Of a DNA stretch of 15,103 bases, positions 1 to 8,256 are shown in pieces. The notes under the pieces are model-generated. The model worked only from the letters and a program-made list of their open reading frames with translations, made no database searches and was not told the origin of the DNA. A program made the position numbers and the translations under genes. The DNA is taken from positions 3,226-18,328 of the forward strand of contig CAZHMN010000053.1 of NCBI GenBank assembly GCA_964533705.1, written 5' to 3'. Numbering within the stretch: position 1 is the stretch's first letter; every line of letters begins with the position of its first letter. The stretch is from an uncultured bacterium. Lineage in GTDB: Bacteria; Electryoneota; B3-LCP.

Positions 1-1073
1 GCTCCCCGGCTGCGCCGCAGTGTGAGGGTAATTTTTTCTCTGGCGAAAACCTCATAAAATCGATCAAATATCGCATCCCAGTCATGACGCTTTTTGCTTC
101 TCCTGTCGATTGGATTTAAAGGAATCAGGTTCAGTTTGCAGGGGATGCGGATCAACCATTGCCTCAGTGCCTGAATCATCTCAGGGGTATCATTAACACC
201 GGGTATCAGGGCATATTCAAAGGTTATCCTGTCACCCATCTGTCTTTGAAAATCAGAAACAGCCTTGAACAATCGCTCGAGTGGGTATTTTTTGTTGATG
301 GGCATTAGCTGGTCACGTAACTCGTTGGTGGGCGCATTCAGAGATACAGCCAATTTGACGCGCAGGCCTTCGCCGGCCAGCTTTTTGATCGCGGGAACGA
401 TTCCGGCCGTTGAAACGGTCATGCGCCGTTGAGAGATCTCAGGGCCGATGGGGGATGACAGGATCCTGACCGCCTTTATCAAGTTTGGGTAGTTCAGTAA
501 AGGCTCGCCCATGCCCATAAAAACCAGGTTGCGCAGTATCGGTTCGCTACTCAGTCTGCGAAAATGAACGATTTGATCGACAATTTCACCGGACGTCAAG
601 TTGCGTTTAAAACTCATCTGCCCGGTGGCACAAAAAGTGCACTCAAGGGGGCAGCCAACCTGTGTGGAGACGCAGAGGGTGGCATGACCGCTTTCGGGGA
701 TTTTTACGGCTTCAATTTTATGACCATCCCTGAGTCTGAAGAGTATCTTTGCAGTTCCATCTTCTCCCGTTTGTGTTTTCACGGGTATGAGCAAGTCGAA
801 AGGCTCCAAGGCGGCAAGACGATTTCGAAGCCGCAGTGGAAGATCAGTCATCCCGGCAGTGGACTGGACGCCCCTTCGGAAGAGAGCGGCGAAAATCTGG
901 CGGCCGTGGAAGCGTTTTTCACCCAGCGACTCGGCCAGGATTTGTAATTCATCCTGATTCAAGTCTTTTAAGCGGACGGCTTTTAGGGTCGTTTCGAGCG
1001 TCAAGGCAGCAAATCCAGGCGACAAGTATTGTGTTATTTCACGAAAGACGTTAATTAAATCTATGATAAGCAT
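1..1073 (-). CDS. rlmN: 23S rRNA (adenine2503-C2)-methyltransferase RlmN, a radical SAM enzyme. The C-terminus is truncated by the window edge.
   Basis: The minus-strand translation from ATG (reverse complement of cat at 1071-1073) reads MLIIDLINVF...HATLCVSTQVGCPLECTFCATGQMSF...VFMGMGEPLLNY...TVSTAGIVP...LAVSLNAP...NLIPLNP and runs off position 1 without a stop. It has the CxxxCxxC radical-SAM cluster motif in the GCxLxCxFCATG context and the GMGEP motif typical of RlmN/Cfr. The plus-strand ORFs 564..947 and 836..1054 are antisense artefacts. No SD precedes the start, so the true start could be a few codons downstream. Confidence 0.9.
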   Translation of the reverse strand, partial: MLIIDLINVFREITQYLSPGFAALTLETTLKAVRLKDLNQDELQILAESLGEKRFHGRQIFAALFRRGVQSTAGMTDLPLRLRNRLAALEPFDLLIPVKTQTGEDGTAKILFRLRDGHKIEAVKIPESGHATLCVSTQVGCPLECTFCATGQMSFKRNLTSGEIVDQIVHFRRLSSEPILRNLVFMGMGEPLLNYPNLIKAVRILSSPIGPEISQRRMTVSTAGIVPAIKKLAGEGLRVKLAVSLNAPTNELRDQLMPINKKYPLERLFKAVSDFQRQMGDRITFEYALIPGVNDTPEMIQALRQWLIRIPCKLNLIPLNPIDRRSKKRHDWDAIFDRFYEVFAREKITLTLRRSRG

Positions 1074-1095
1074 GAGGAGAAATCAAGAGATTTTA

Positions 1096-1124
1096 TTGAC
1101 AATGCAGGGAACATTTGCTAACTT
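1096..1124 (+). promoter_or_regulatory. Candidate sigma70-type promoter for the MoxR operon. It lies in the divergent rlmN/moxR intergenic region.
   Basis: TTGACA at 1096-1101, a 17-nt spacer, then TAACTT at 1119-1124. This is about 55 nt upstream of the moxR ATG. Pattern match only. Confidence 0.3.
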
Positions 1125-1177
1125 GTAAAGCTTAATAGGATAAATTCTCTTATACTTGCCTCGGAGTTTTGGATCAT

Positions 1178-2161
1178 ATGCCCAACGATATAGAGACCTT
1201 AGAAAAGCTAAAGGATGCACGCGCTCGGATTGAAGATCAATTGTCCAAGGTCATCATCGGCCAGAAAGACGTCATCGAGGGGCTGCTGATCGGGCTACTA
1301 TCGCGCGGTCATTGTCTATTGATCGGAGTTCCCGGTTTGGCCAAAACGCTGATGATCAGCTCGCTGGCACAGGCGTTGGAGCTCTCTTTTTCCCGCATCC
1401 AGTTCACTCCCGACCTCATGCCTTCCGATATCACCGGCACCGAGATCATCCAGGAAGATCGCTCCAGCGGGCGCAAGGAATTCAAATTCGTGCGCGGCCC
1501 CGTATTCGCCAATATTGTCCTGGCGGATGAGATCAACCGCACGCCTCCCAAGACCCAGGCGGCCCTCCTGCAGGCGATGCAGGAACATCAGGTATCGGCC
1601 GGGGGAACGACTCACACGCTGGAAGAGCCTTTCTTCGTTCTGGCGACGCAGAATCCCATCGAGCAGGAAGGCACCTACCCTCTTCCAGAAGCTCAGCTGG
1701 ATCGTTTTATGTTCAGCCTCTGGGTTGATTACCCTTCTCTGGATGAAGAACAGAGCATCGTGAAAACGACCACGAGCGCGGCGGTAGGAATAATAGATCC
1801 TGTGTTAAATAACGAAGAGATTATCGCCCTGCAGGAACTGGTTCGGCGCATACCGGTATCAGATCACGTGGTGGAATACGCGGTTAATCTCGCCAGAATG
1901 ACGCGTCCACCGGATCCCAGCGCCCCCAAATTCATTAGTGAATGGAACCGCTGGGGCGCCGGTCCGCGAGCCGGGCAGTACCTCATATTAGGAGCGAAAA
2001 CGCGCGCTGCCTTGGACGGCCGCCCCACGCCGGATGTCGAGGACGTTCGCCAGATGGCCATGCCTGTCCTGCGACATCGTCTGGTCTTGAGTTTCAACGC
2101 CGAAGCCGAAGGAATCGGCGCTGACCAGGTCATCGAGAAGTTGCTGGAGACCATGCCTTAA
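1178..2161 (+). CDS. MoxR-family AAA+ ATPase
   Basis: MoxR-type Walker [12 protein letters not shown] (GxPGxAKT variant), Walker [10 protein letters not shown], sensor-1 region LATQNPIE, and a C-terminal MoxR lid. The ORF track starts at TTG 1169, but ATG 1178 has a better SD spacing (cGGAG at 1162-1166, 11 nt upstream). Confidence 0.93.
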   Translation: MPNDIETLEKLKDARARIEDQLSKVIIGQKDVIEGLLIGLLSRGHCLLIGVPGLAKTLMISSLAQALELSFSRIQFTPDLMPSDITGTEIIQEDRSSGRKEFKFVRGPVFANIVLADEINRTPPKTQAALLQAMQEHQVSAGGTTHTLEEPFFVLATQNPIEQEGTYPLPEAQLDRFMFSLWVDYPSLDEEQSIVKTTTSAAVGIIDPVLNNEEIIALQELVRRIPVSDHVVEYAVNLARMTRPPDPSAPKFISEWNRWGAGPRAGQYLILGAKTRAALDGRPTPDVEDVRQMAMPVLRHRLVLSFNAEAEGIGADQVIEKLLETMP

Positions 2162-2221
2162 CTCTGAGTAAGAATCTAAAGTAGCACATCAAGCGATACC
2201 CCCTTAAATACGATATAATCG

Positions 2222-3115
2222 TTGGCAAATCCCTATACAATACTCTCCCCGCAAGCTCTGGCCCGCCTGTCCAACCTGCAACTTTTAGCTCGCAGGGTTG
2301 TGGAAGGATTCATCACCGGGCTGCACAAAAGCCCCTATCATGGATTTTCGGTGGAATTTGCGGAACATCGCCCTTACATGCCCGGAGATCCCATCCGCCA
2401 CCTGGACTGGAAAGTGTACGCCCGCACGGATCGCTACGTTCTCAAGCGTTTTCAGGAAGAGACCAATCTAAAGAGCTACATTTTGCTGGATACCTCCGCC
2501 TCAATGGGATTTACCTCGATTGATTTCAGCAAGCTGAGCTACGGAATCGCCCTCAGCGCGGCGCTCACCTACCTCATGCTCGAACAACGCGATGCGGTGG
2601 GTCTGGCGCTATTCGACGATCAATTGCGCAAATTGATCCCGCCTCGATCGGTTCGATCTTACCTCAACCTGATCCTAAAGGAACTGGTAGCCACGGAGCC
2701 GTCGGGGCGTACTCGCGTATCGGAGACCTTGCACCGAGTGGCTGAGCGCATGAAGCGGAGAGGGCTGGTCATCCTGATATCCGATTTATTGGATGAGCCG
2801 GATGAGATTATCTCAGGACTGAAGCATTTTCGTTATGACGGGCACGAGGTTATCGTTCTGCAGGTGCTGGATCCGCTGGAGATGAGTTTCGCCTTCCCTC
2901 GGGACGCCAGATTTCGCGATCTCGAAACAGACGAGCGGATGATTTCGCAGCCCTGGCATCTCAAAGAAGCCTACCAGAGAGAAATGAGTTCTTTTCTGGA
3001 TGTTCTAAAAAGCGGTTGCCGTGAAAACGACGTTGACTACGCCCTCTTCGATACCAGGCGTCCCTATGACTTCGCCTTAATGGAATATCTGAACAAACGC
3101 AAGCGGTTGTACTAA
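2222..3115 (+). CDS. DUF58-family protein with a VWA-like domain. This is the classic partner of MoxR ATPases.
   Basis: The N-terminus LARLSNLQLLARRVVEGFITGLHKSPYHGFSVEFAEHRPYMPGDPIRHLDWKVYARTDRYVLKRFQEE is characteristic of DUF58. The MIDAS-like motif is LLDTSASM (DxSxS). It lies immediately downstream of MoxR. The TTG start has no obvious SD, and TAA at 2216-2218 closes the frame upstream, so TTG 2222 is the earliest possible start. Confidence 0.85.
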   Translation: MANPYTILSPQALARLSNLQLLARRVVEGFITGLHKSPYHGFSVEFAEHRPYMPGDPIRHLDWKVYARTDRYVLKRFQEETNLKSYILLDTSASMGFTSIDFSKLSYGIALSAALTYLMLEQRDAVGLALFDDQLRKLIPPRSVRSYLNLILKELVATEPSGRTRVSETLHRVAERMKRRGLVILISDLLDEPDEIISGLKHFRYDGHEVIVLQVLDPLEMSFAFPRDARFRDLETDERMISQPWHLKEAYQREMSSFLDVLKSGCRENDVDYALFDTRRPYDFALMEYLNKRKRLY

Positions 3116-3149
3116 TAACGAACTTCAATCAAATTTCTATGAGGAAGTA

Positions 3150-5582
3150 ATGAAAAAACTCGCCATTTTTTTACTCGCCATCCCTTTACTGGCATCTTCA
3201 ATAGATGCGCAATCCTCGCGCCCGGGGCTAACCCTTCCCTCGAATTCCGGAGCTGTCACGGATAATGCCATCTCCGTATTGAGCAACCCCGCCTGGCTGG
3301 CAGCGCGATCCGGTGCTGAGGCTTTTTTCATGTTTCCGTACACCAATTCGACGTCCAGCGAGGACCTGGGATTATTGGTGAAGCTGGGTTCACTGGGATT
3401 CGCAGGTGAGTTCGCGAACAATGACCTCGAGTCCTACAACCGCTATACTCTCGGGAAGGGCTTTAAATTGGGCGAGGGTTTCTATGCGGGGATCAGTCAC
3501 ACCTGGTGGCGGGTTGTGGATTGGGATGCAAGCTGGAACCTGGGATTGGGTTTCCGACCGCTGCCTTTTTTCAGCGCTGGAGCAACCGTTTTCGACTTGA
3601 ATCAACCCAACCGTGGTGGGGAAGAGGTGGAACCCGCTTACAGCCTCGCGCTGGCGGTTCGTCCCTTCAATAATCACCGCTGGACGCTGTCCGGGGATTT
3701 GCTATTCACCAAGGACAAAACCCACCATTATGGGGAAGAGTTGGATCCCCGCATCCGCCTGGAAGCCATGCCGTTCGATGGGATTAGATTAACGGGAGAG
3801 TATTTGACCGACAGCGAGTTCTTCGGCGTGGGCTTATCGCTGTCGCTGGATAATTTAACGGCAGGTGATTACCAGAGGTTCGATGATATGAGCGAGGCAG
3901 TGGACGGTGTTGGCTATTTTCAGTTGACGAGTGCCAAACATGCCAATCTCTTCTCACCCCGTTCCCATCAAATCGTAGAAGTCACTTTAGGCGGTAAAAT
4001 CTTCGAAGCGATGCCTTCCTACTGGATATTCAGACCGAAAGGCAAAACCTTACGCCAACTGCGGCAGGAAATCCTCCACTATGCTGACGATCCCAGAGTT
4101 GAAGGTTTGCTGATCCGCTTCGAAGATCCGGAATGGGGCTTGGCTCAGGTGCAGCAGATCCGCCGCACTCTGGAGACGTTCAAGATGACAGGCAAGAAGT
4201 TGATCGCCTACTCCGAAAGTTATTCCCAGAAGGATTACTATCTGGCCACCGTCTGCGATGAGATCTACCTGCTTCCCATAGGAACGGTCAACCTGAAGGG
4301 GCTTGCTGCCGTCATGGGCTATTGGAAGGGTACTCTGGATAAGCTGGGCATCGGCGTGCAGGTTGCGCGCGCTCGTGACTACAAGACCGCAGCAAACGCT
4401 TTTATCTACGAAGATACCCCCGAGGCCGAAGCGGAGATGATGAATTGGCTATTAGACGATATCTACGATCAAATCTGTGCGAAGATCGGCGAAGGACGCG
4501 GCTGGGAAATTGAAGAGGTCAAGGAAAAGATAGACCAGGGGCCCTTCATCTGCAGGCGGGCCTTGGATGCCGGGCTCGTAGATAGCCTGATATACTATGA
4601 TTCCATCACCGAGAAGTTGGAAGACGATGGATACGTTTTGGTCAGCGAGAAGAGCTACTGGCGGTTTCCTGAATACAAGGAAGAATGGCCGGACGTCCGC
4701 ATTCCCAGAGTCGCTGTCATCTACGCGGAAGGGCTCATCGTACAGGGCGAGAGCAGCAGCAGTTGGTTCGGCGATGGATACATGGGTTCGAAGACCATTG
4801 CCGAAGCGATCCGCACCGCTCGGGAAAGCAATGCCATTGATGCTATCATCTTACGCGTGGATTCGCCCGGCGGAGACGCGATTGCTTCAGACGTTATCTT
4901 CCGTGAGGTGCATCGAACGGTCACGGATAAAGAGAACCGCAAACCCATCATCGTTTCAATGGGCAACGTCGCCGGATCGGGCGGTTATTACATCTCCTGC
5001 GGGGCGGACACCATCATCGCCGAAGAGGGAACCATCACGGGATCCATCGGAGTCCTCGGTGGAAAGATCAATCTTGCAGGACTCTATAATAAAATATACT
5101 ATAATACCAACACTTTTAAGCGAGGCGAACACGCCGATGGTTGGTCGGAATCCCGCCCCTTCACCGAAGAGGAAATGGATATGCTCCAGGAGGCGGTTGA
5201 TCAGTTCTACGAGGATTTCGTCATCCGGGTGGCGGAATCGAGGGGTCTTACCAGAGAAGAGGTGGATTCCGTCGGCCAGGGGCGCGTTTGGATGGGGAGA
5301 CAGGCGCTGGATCGTCATCTCGTTGATTTGATTGGGGGGATGGAACTCGCCTTTACAGTTACCAGAGCCAAGCTGGGCGTTTCGGCGGATACGCCCATGA
5401 CGCTGGAATTCTACCCAAAGCCTCGCGGCTTCTTCAGCCGGGTTACCAGCGACATTTTGAAAATAGAAAATCGGCCGTTGCCGAAAGTGTTGGAGGAGGC
5501 CATAGAACCGCTGGCATTAATCGCTGAATTCTACGACGGCAAGCCCTTGATGCTGATGCCTTATCAGATTGAAATTGAATAG
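3150..5582 (+). CDS. sppA: Secreted signal peptide peptidase SppA (S49 family, tandem two-domain 67K type). It carries an additional N-terminal beta-rich domain of about 260 aa.
   Basis: Signal peptide MKKLAIFLLAIPLLASSIDA. There are two ClpP-fold S49 repeats. The first is LIRFEDPEWG...KKLIAYSESYS...YYLATVCDEIYLLP. The second is ILRVDSPGGDAIASDVIFREV...SMGNVAGSGGYYISCGADTIIAEEGTITGSIGV, with the catalytic Ser in the GSGGYY context. A GAGGA SD sits 5 nt upstream of the ATG. Residues about 21-280 precede the first S49 repeat and have an alternating hydrophobic pattern suggestive of beta strands. Confidence 0.85.
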   Translation: MKKLAIFLLAIPLLASSIDAQSSRPGLTLPSNSGAVTDNAISVLSNPAWLAARSGAEAFFMFPYTNSTSSEDLGLLVKLGSLGFAGEFANNDLESYNRYTLGKGFKLGEGFYAGISHTWWRVVDWDASWNLGLGFRPLPFFSAGATVFDLNQPNRGGEEVEPAYSLALAVRPFNNHRWTLSGDLLFTKDKTHHYGEELDPRIRLEAMPFDGIRLTGEYLTDSEFFGVGLSLSLDNLTAGDYQRFDDMSEAVDGVGYFQLTSAKHANLFSPRSHQIVEVTLGGKIFEAMPSYWIFRPKGKTLRQLRQEILHYADDPRVEGLLIRFEDPEWGLAQVQQIRRTLETFKMTGKKLIAYSESYSQKDYYLATVCDEIYLLPIGTVNLKGLAAVMGYWKGTLDKLGIGVQVARARDYKTAANAFIYEDTPEAEAEMMNWLLDDIYDQICAKIGEGRGWEIEEVKEKIDQGPFICRRALDAGLVDSLIYYDSITEKLEDDGYVLVSEKSYWRFPEYKEEWPDVRIPRVAVIYAEGLIVQGESSSSWFGDGYMGSKTIAEAIRTARESNAIDAIILRVDSPGGDAIASDVIFREVHRTVTDKENRKPIIVSMGNVAGSGGYYISCGADTIIAEEGTITGSIGVLGGKINLAGLYNKIYYNTNTFKRGEHADGWSESRPFTEEEMDMLQEAVDQFYEDFVIRVAESRGLTREEVDSVGQGRVWMGRQALDRHLVDLIGGMELAFTVTRAKLGVSADTPMTLEFYPKPRGFFSRVTSDILKIENRPLPKVLEEAIEPLALIAEFYDGKPLMLMPYQIEIE

Positions 5583-5591
5583 GGAAAGATT

Positions 5592-6797
5592 ATGAGCACA
5601 AGGACAGTGATGGCATATGCACTGGCTCTGATTCTGCTTTTTGCGGTTTCCGTGCAGGGTGAAGTGAGCGACCTTTACAAGAGAGCCAGAGAAGAGAAAA
5701 ACGTTGACAAGGCGGTAGAACTTTACTGGCAATACTTTGGCGAAGCCAAAGGTGATTCTGCCTTTCCAGATGCCGCTTCGAATTTCGCCCGGCTGCTGGC
5801 CGGGGAGGACCGCTTTGCGGATTTGGTACGCCTCGGGGACAGATTGCTTGAACTCAAACCTCCACCCGCTTCACCCCTGAATACAATTGCCTGGGCGCTG
5901 GCGGAAGGGGATACCGCGCTGGATAAGGCTCTGAGCTACATTGAAGTCGGCGTTGCAGCCCAGAGGCAGAACATCAATCTGCCGCCGCCGTCGGATCGCT
6001 CAGAAAAAGCCTGGAAAGAGCGGGGAAACTACAGGCTGGGTTATTATCTCGATACGAAGGGATACGTACTGCTAAAACTCGATCGGGCTGAAGAAGCAAG
6101 AGAGGCCTTTTTGCAGATGGAATCCCTGATTCCCGAACCGGATTATGAGCTTTACTTACATCTGGCTATGGCAAATAGGGAGCTTAATGAGTTCTCAGAT
6201 GCTCTCAGGTGCGCCGTAAAGGCGCGCTATTACCTGGGGGACGAAGGAAATGAAGATTTAGACCGCGTGCTGAGAGAAGCCTATCTGGGCGTTCACGGCT
6301 CAACGGATGGCCTTAAGGAATATCTCGACAGCAACTTGGAAGAGATTGGTCGGCAAGAGTACGTCAAGTTGGTTGCAGACAAAGTGGATCAGTCTGCGCC
6401 GAACTTCGAACTGCAATCATTGAACGGTAATACGGTCAGGCTGGCGGATTACAGGGGTAAAATCGTTCTGCTGGATTTCTGGGCCACCTGGTGTGGCCCT
6501 TGCAGGCGTGAACTGCCGCTGCTGCAAGGTGCTTATTCTGAATGGAAAAAACAAGGAATAGAGCTGTTGGCGATTTCGACGGACAAGGACACGGCAAAGG
6601 TGGCTCCCTTCATTGCTGAGAACCAGTACACCTTCCCGGTGCTTTTCAATAATGGAACCTCAATTGACTACGACGTGGTCGGCATTCCTACTCTGTTCGT
6701 TATAGATCAAAACGGCCGAATACAATATCGCCACGTGGGTTATCGTCCGGACATTATTGAGATCCTGGACGTGCAGATTAAAGCGCTTCGTCGCTGA
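5592..6797 (+). CDS. Secreted TlpA/ResA-like thiol-disulfide oxidoreductase (thioredoxin fold) with an N-terminal TPR-like helical domain
   Basis: Signal peptide MSTRTVMAYALALILLFAVSVQG. The C-terminal segment is KIVLLDFWATWCGPCRRELPLLQ...GIELLAISTD...GIPTLFVIDQNGRI, which has the WCGPC active site and the cis-Pro loop typical of TlpA/ResA redoxins. The middle 250 aa are helical repeat-like. Confidence 0.8.
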   Translation: MSTRTVMAYALALILLFAVSVQGEVSDLYKRAREEKNVDKAVELYWQYFGEAKGDSAFPDAASNFARLLAGEDRFADLVRLGDRLLELKPPPASPLNTIAWALAEGDTALDKALSYIEVGVAAQRQNINLPPPSDRSEKAWKERGNYRLGYYLDTKGYVLLKLDRAEEAREAFLQMESLIPEPDYELYLHLAMANRELNEFSDALRCAVKARYYLGDEGNEDLDRVLREAYLGVHGSTDGLKEYLDSNLEEIGRQEYVKLVADKVDQSAPNFELQSLNGNTVRLADYRGKIVLLDFWATWCGPCRRELPLLQGAYSEWKKQGIELLAISTDKDTAKVAPFIAENQYTFPVLFNNGTSIDYDVVGIPTLFVIDQNGRIQYRHVGYRPDIIEILDVQIKALRR

Positions 6798-6853
6798 GAT
6801 ATAGAACAAGGTTTACTTAGATCATAAGAGTTGAAATTACAGTCGGAGGATGC

Positions 6854-8197
6854 ATGAAACGGCTAACGTTTGCATTTGTCGTTCTTCTGGGCTGCGCAGT
6901 GCTCGGATTTGGCGCTGAAGAGAGTCTTCTTGAAGATTATTTAAGTGAGGACCTTCTTGGTGTCGAAGAGCATTATCTTTCCAATGGGCTGCGCATTCTA
7001 ACCTGGGAGGATCACTCTGCGCCGGTGATCAGTTACCAGGTATGGTACAACGTCGGTTCGATCAACGAGAGGCCCGGTATCACCGGCATCTCACACCTGT
7101 TCGAGCATATGATGTTCAAGGGATCGAAGAAATACGGGCCCGAGGAACACGCCAACATCATCAAAGCTCATGGCGGGAGATTGAACGCCTTTACTTCCAA
7201 TGATATGACGGTTTATTTTGAGAATATTGCGGCGGACCAACTTGAACTGGTCATCGCTATGGAAGCGGAAAGACAGGCGAACCTGGCTATCACCCCCGAG
7301 AATCTGGCTTCCGAGCGTGAAGTCGTCAAGGAAGAGAGGCGCGTACGCGTCGATAACAGCGTCTTCGGCGATATGCTGGAACAGCTCTCCGCCAACGCTT
7401 TTCTGGCGCATCCCTATCAGTGGTCCGTGATCGGCTGGATGTCTGACATCAACGCCATCACGCTGGAGGACTGTAAGGAATACCACCGGATTCATTACGC
7501 TCCCAACAACGCCACGGTGGTCATCGTGGGCGATTTTGATACCGATGAGGCCCTGGAACTGATGGAAAAATATTACGGCAAGATTCCCCGGCAGGAGCCT
7601 CCGCCGCCCGTCAGAACTGTCGAGCCCGAACAGCGGGGCGAAAGGCGGGTTTACGTACACCGGCGTGCCCAGCTTCCCATGCTTTTGGCGGGCTATCATA
7701 TCCCCGACATCAACCACGAAGATATGCCCGCCCTGCAGCTTGCCGGGGACATTCTGTCGAAAGGTGAAAGTTCGCGCATCTACCGAAAAATGGTCTATGA
7801 AGATCAAATTGCCCTTTACGCGGGTGGTTCCGCCGACAATGCCAAGGATCCCAGCCTCTTTTACGCATACTGCGGAATGAATATCGGTCACGACGTCGAA
7901 GAGGGTGAGAAAGCGTTGTTTGAGATTATCGAAGGATTGGCGGATAATCCCCCGACGCCCGAAGAACTGCAAAAAGCCAAGAATCAGATGGAGGCGGAAT
8001 TCATCTACGATATGCAGACCAATATGTACAAAGGGTACAATTTAGGCTTCTATCAAACAGTGGCGGGCGATTGGCGGGAGATGCTGGAATGGGTCGAGAA
8101 GTATCGGCAAGTAACCGCAGAGCAGGTTGCTGAAGTGGCTTCGAAGTATTTTACCCCCAAAAACCGCACAACGCTAATTCTCGTGCCGGAAAACTAG
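6854..8197 (+). CDS. M16-family (pitrilysin-like) zinc peptidase, the catalytically competent subunit
   Basis: Signal peptide MKRLTFAFVVLLGCAVLGFGA. The inverted zinc-binding motif HLFEHMMFKGS (HxxEH) is present, followed by the downstream conserved Glu-rich region. GGAGGA SD upstream. The long antisense ORF 7091..7972 is rejected. Confidence 0.9.
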   Translation: MKRLTFAFVVLLGCAVLGFGAEESLLEDYLSEDLLGVEEHYLSNGLRILTWEDHSAPVISYQVWYNVGSINERPGITGISHLFEHMMFKGSKKYGPEEHANIIKAHGGRLNAFTSNDMTVYFENIAADQLELVIAMEAERQANLAITPENLASEREVVKEERRVRVDNSVFGDMLEQLSANAFLAHPYQWSVIGWMSDINAITLEDCKEYHRIHYAPNNATVVIVGDFDTDEALELMEKYYGKIPRQEPPPPVRTVEPEQRGERRVYVHRRAQLPMLLAGYHIPDINHEDMPALQLAGDILSKGESSRIYRKMVYEDQIALYAGGSADNAKDPSLFYAYCGMNIGHDVEEGEKALFEIIEGLADNPPTPEELQKAKNQMEAEFIYDMQTNMYKGYNLGFYQTVAGDWREMLEWVEKYRQVTAEQVAEVASKYFTPKNRTTLILVPEN

Positions 8198-8256
8198 GAT
8201 ATGACCCCAAAACCTTCCCGTGCTATAAGTGGATTTAAAAAGCTAATGGAGGAGAT

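Noticed and set aside
564-1054. Plus-strand ORFs 564..947 (127 aa) and 836..1054 (72 aa)
   Set aside because: They lie antisense to a clearly recognisable rlmN, which has its radical-SAM CxxxCxxC and GMGEP motifs on the minus strand. They have no motifs or SD. They are typical shadow ORFs.
5081-5125. AT-rich patch (CTCTATAATAAAATATACTATAATACC) inside sppA, resembling promoter -10 boxes
   Set aside because: It encodes GLYNKIYYNTNTF in the established frame. The AT-richness follows from Asn/Tyr/Ile codons. No downstream start suggests an internal promoter.
4597-5331. 244-aa plus-strand alternative-frame ORF within sppA (Arg/Ser/Pro-rich)
   Set aside because: It is an overlapping frame of a well-supported S49 peptidase gene. 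Its composition is the typical off-frame low-complexity pattern.
5592-6797. Thioredoxin-fold gene as a possible selenoprotein, because selA is present
   Set aside because: The active site is encoded as WCGPC with TGC/TGT Cys codons. There is no in-frame TGA. It is an ordinary Cys redoxin.
7091-7972. 293-aa minus-strand ORF inside the M16 peptidase gene
   Set aside because: It is fully antisense to a gene with an HxxEH motif, a signal peptide and a strong SD. Long antisense ORFs are common in 50-55% GC coding sequence. It has no recognisable domain.
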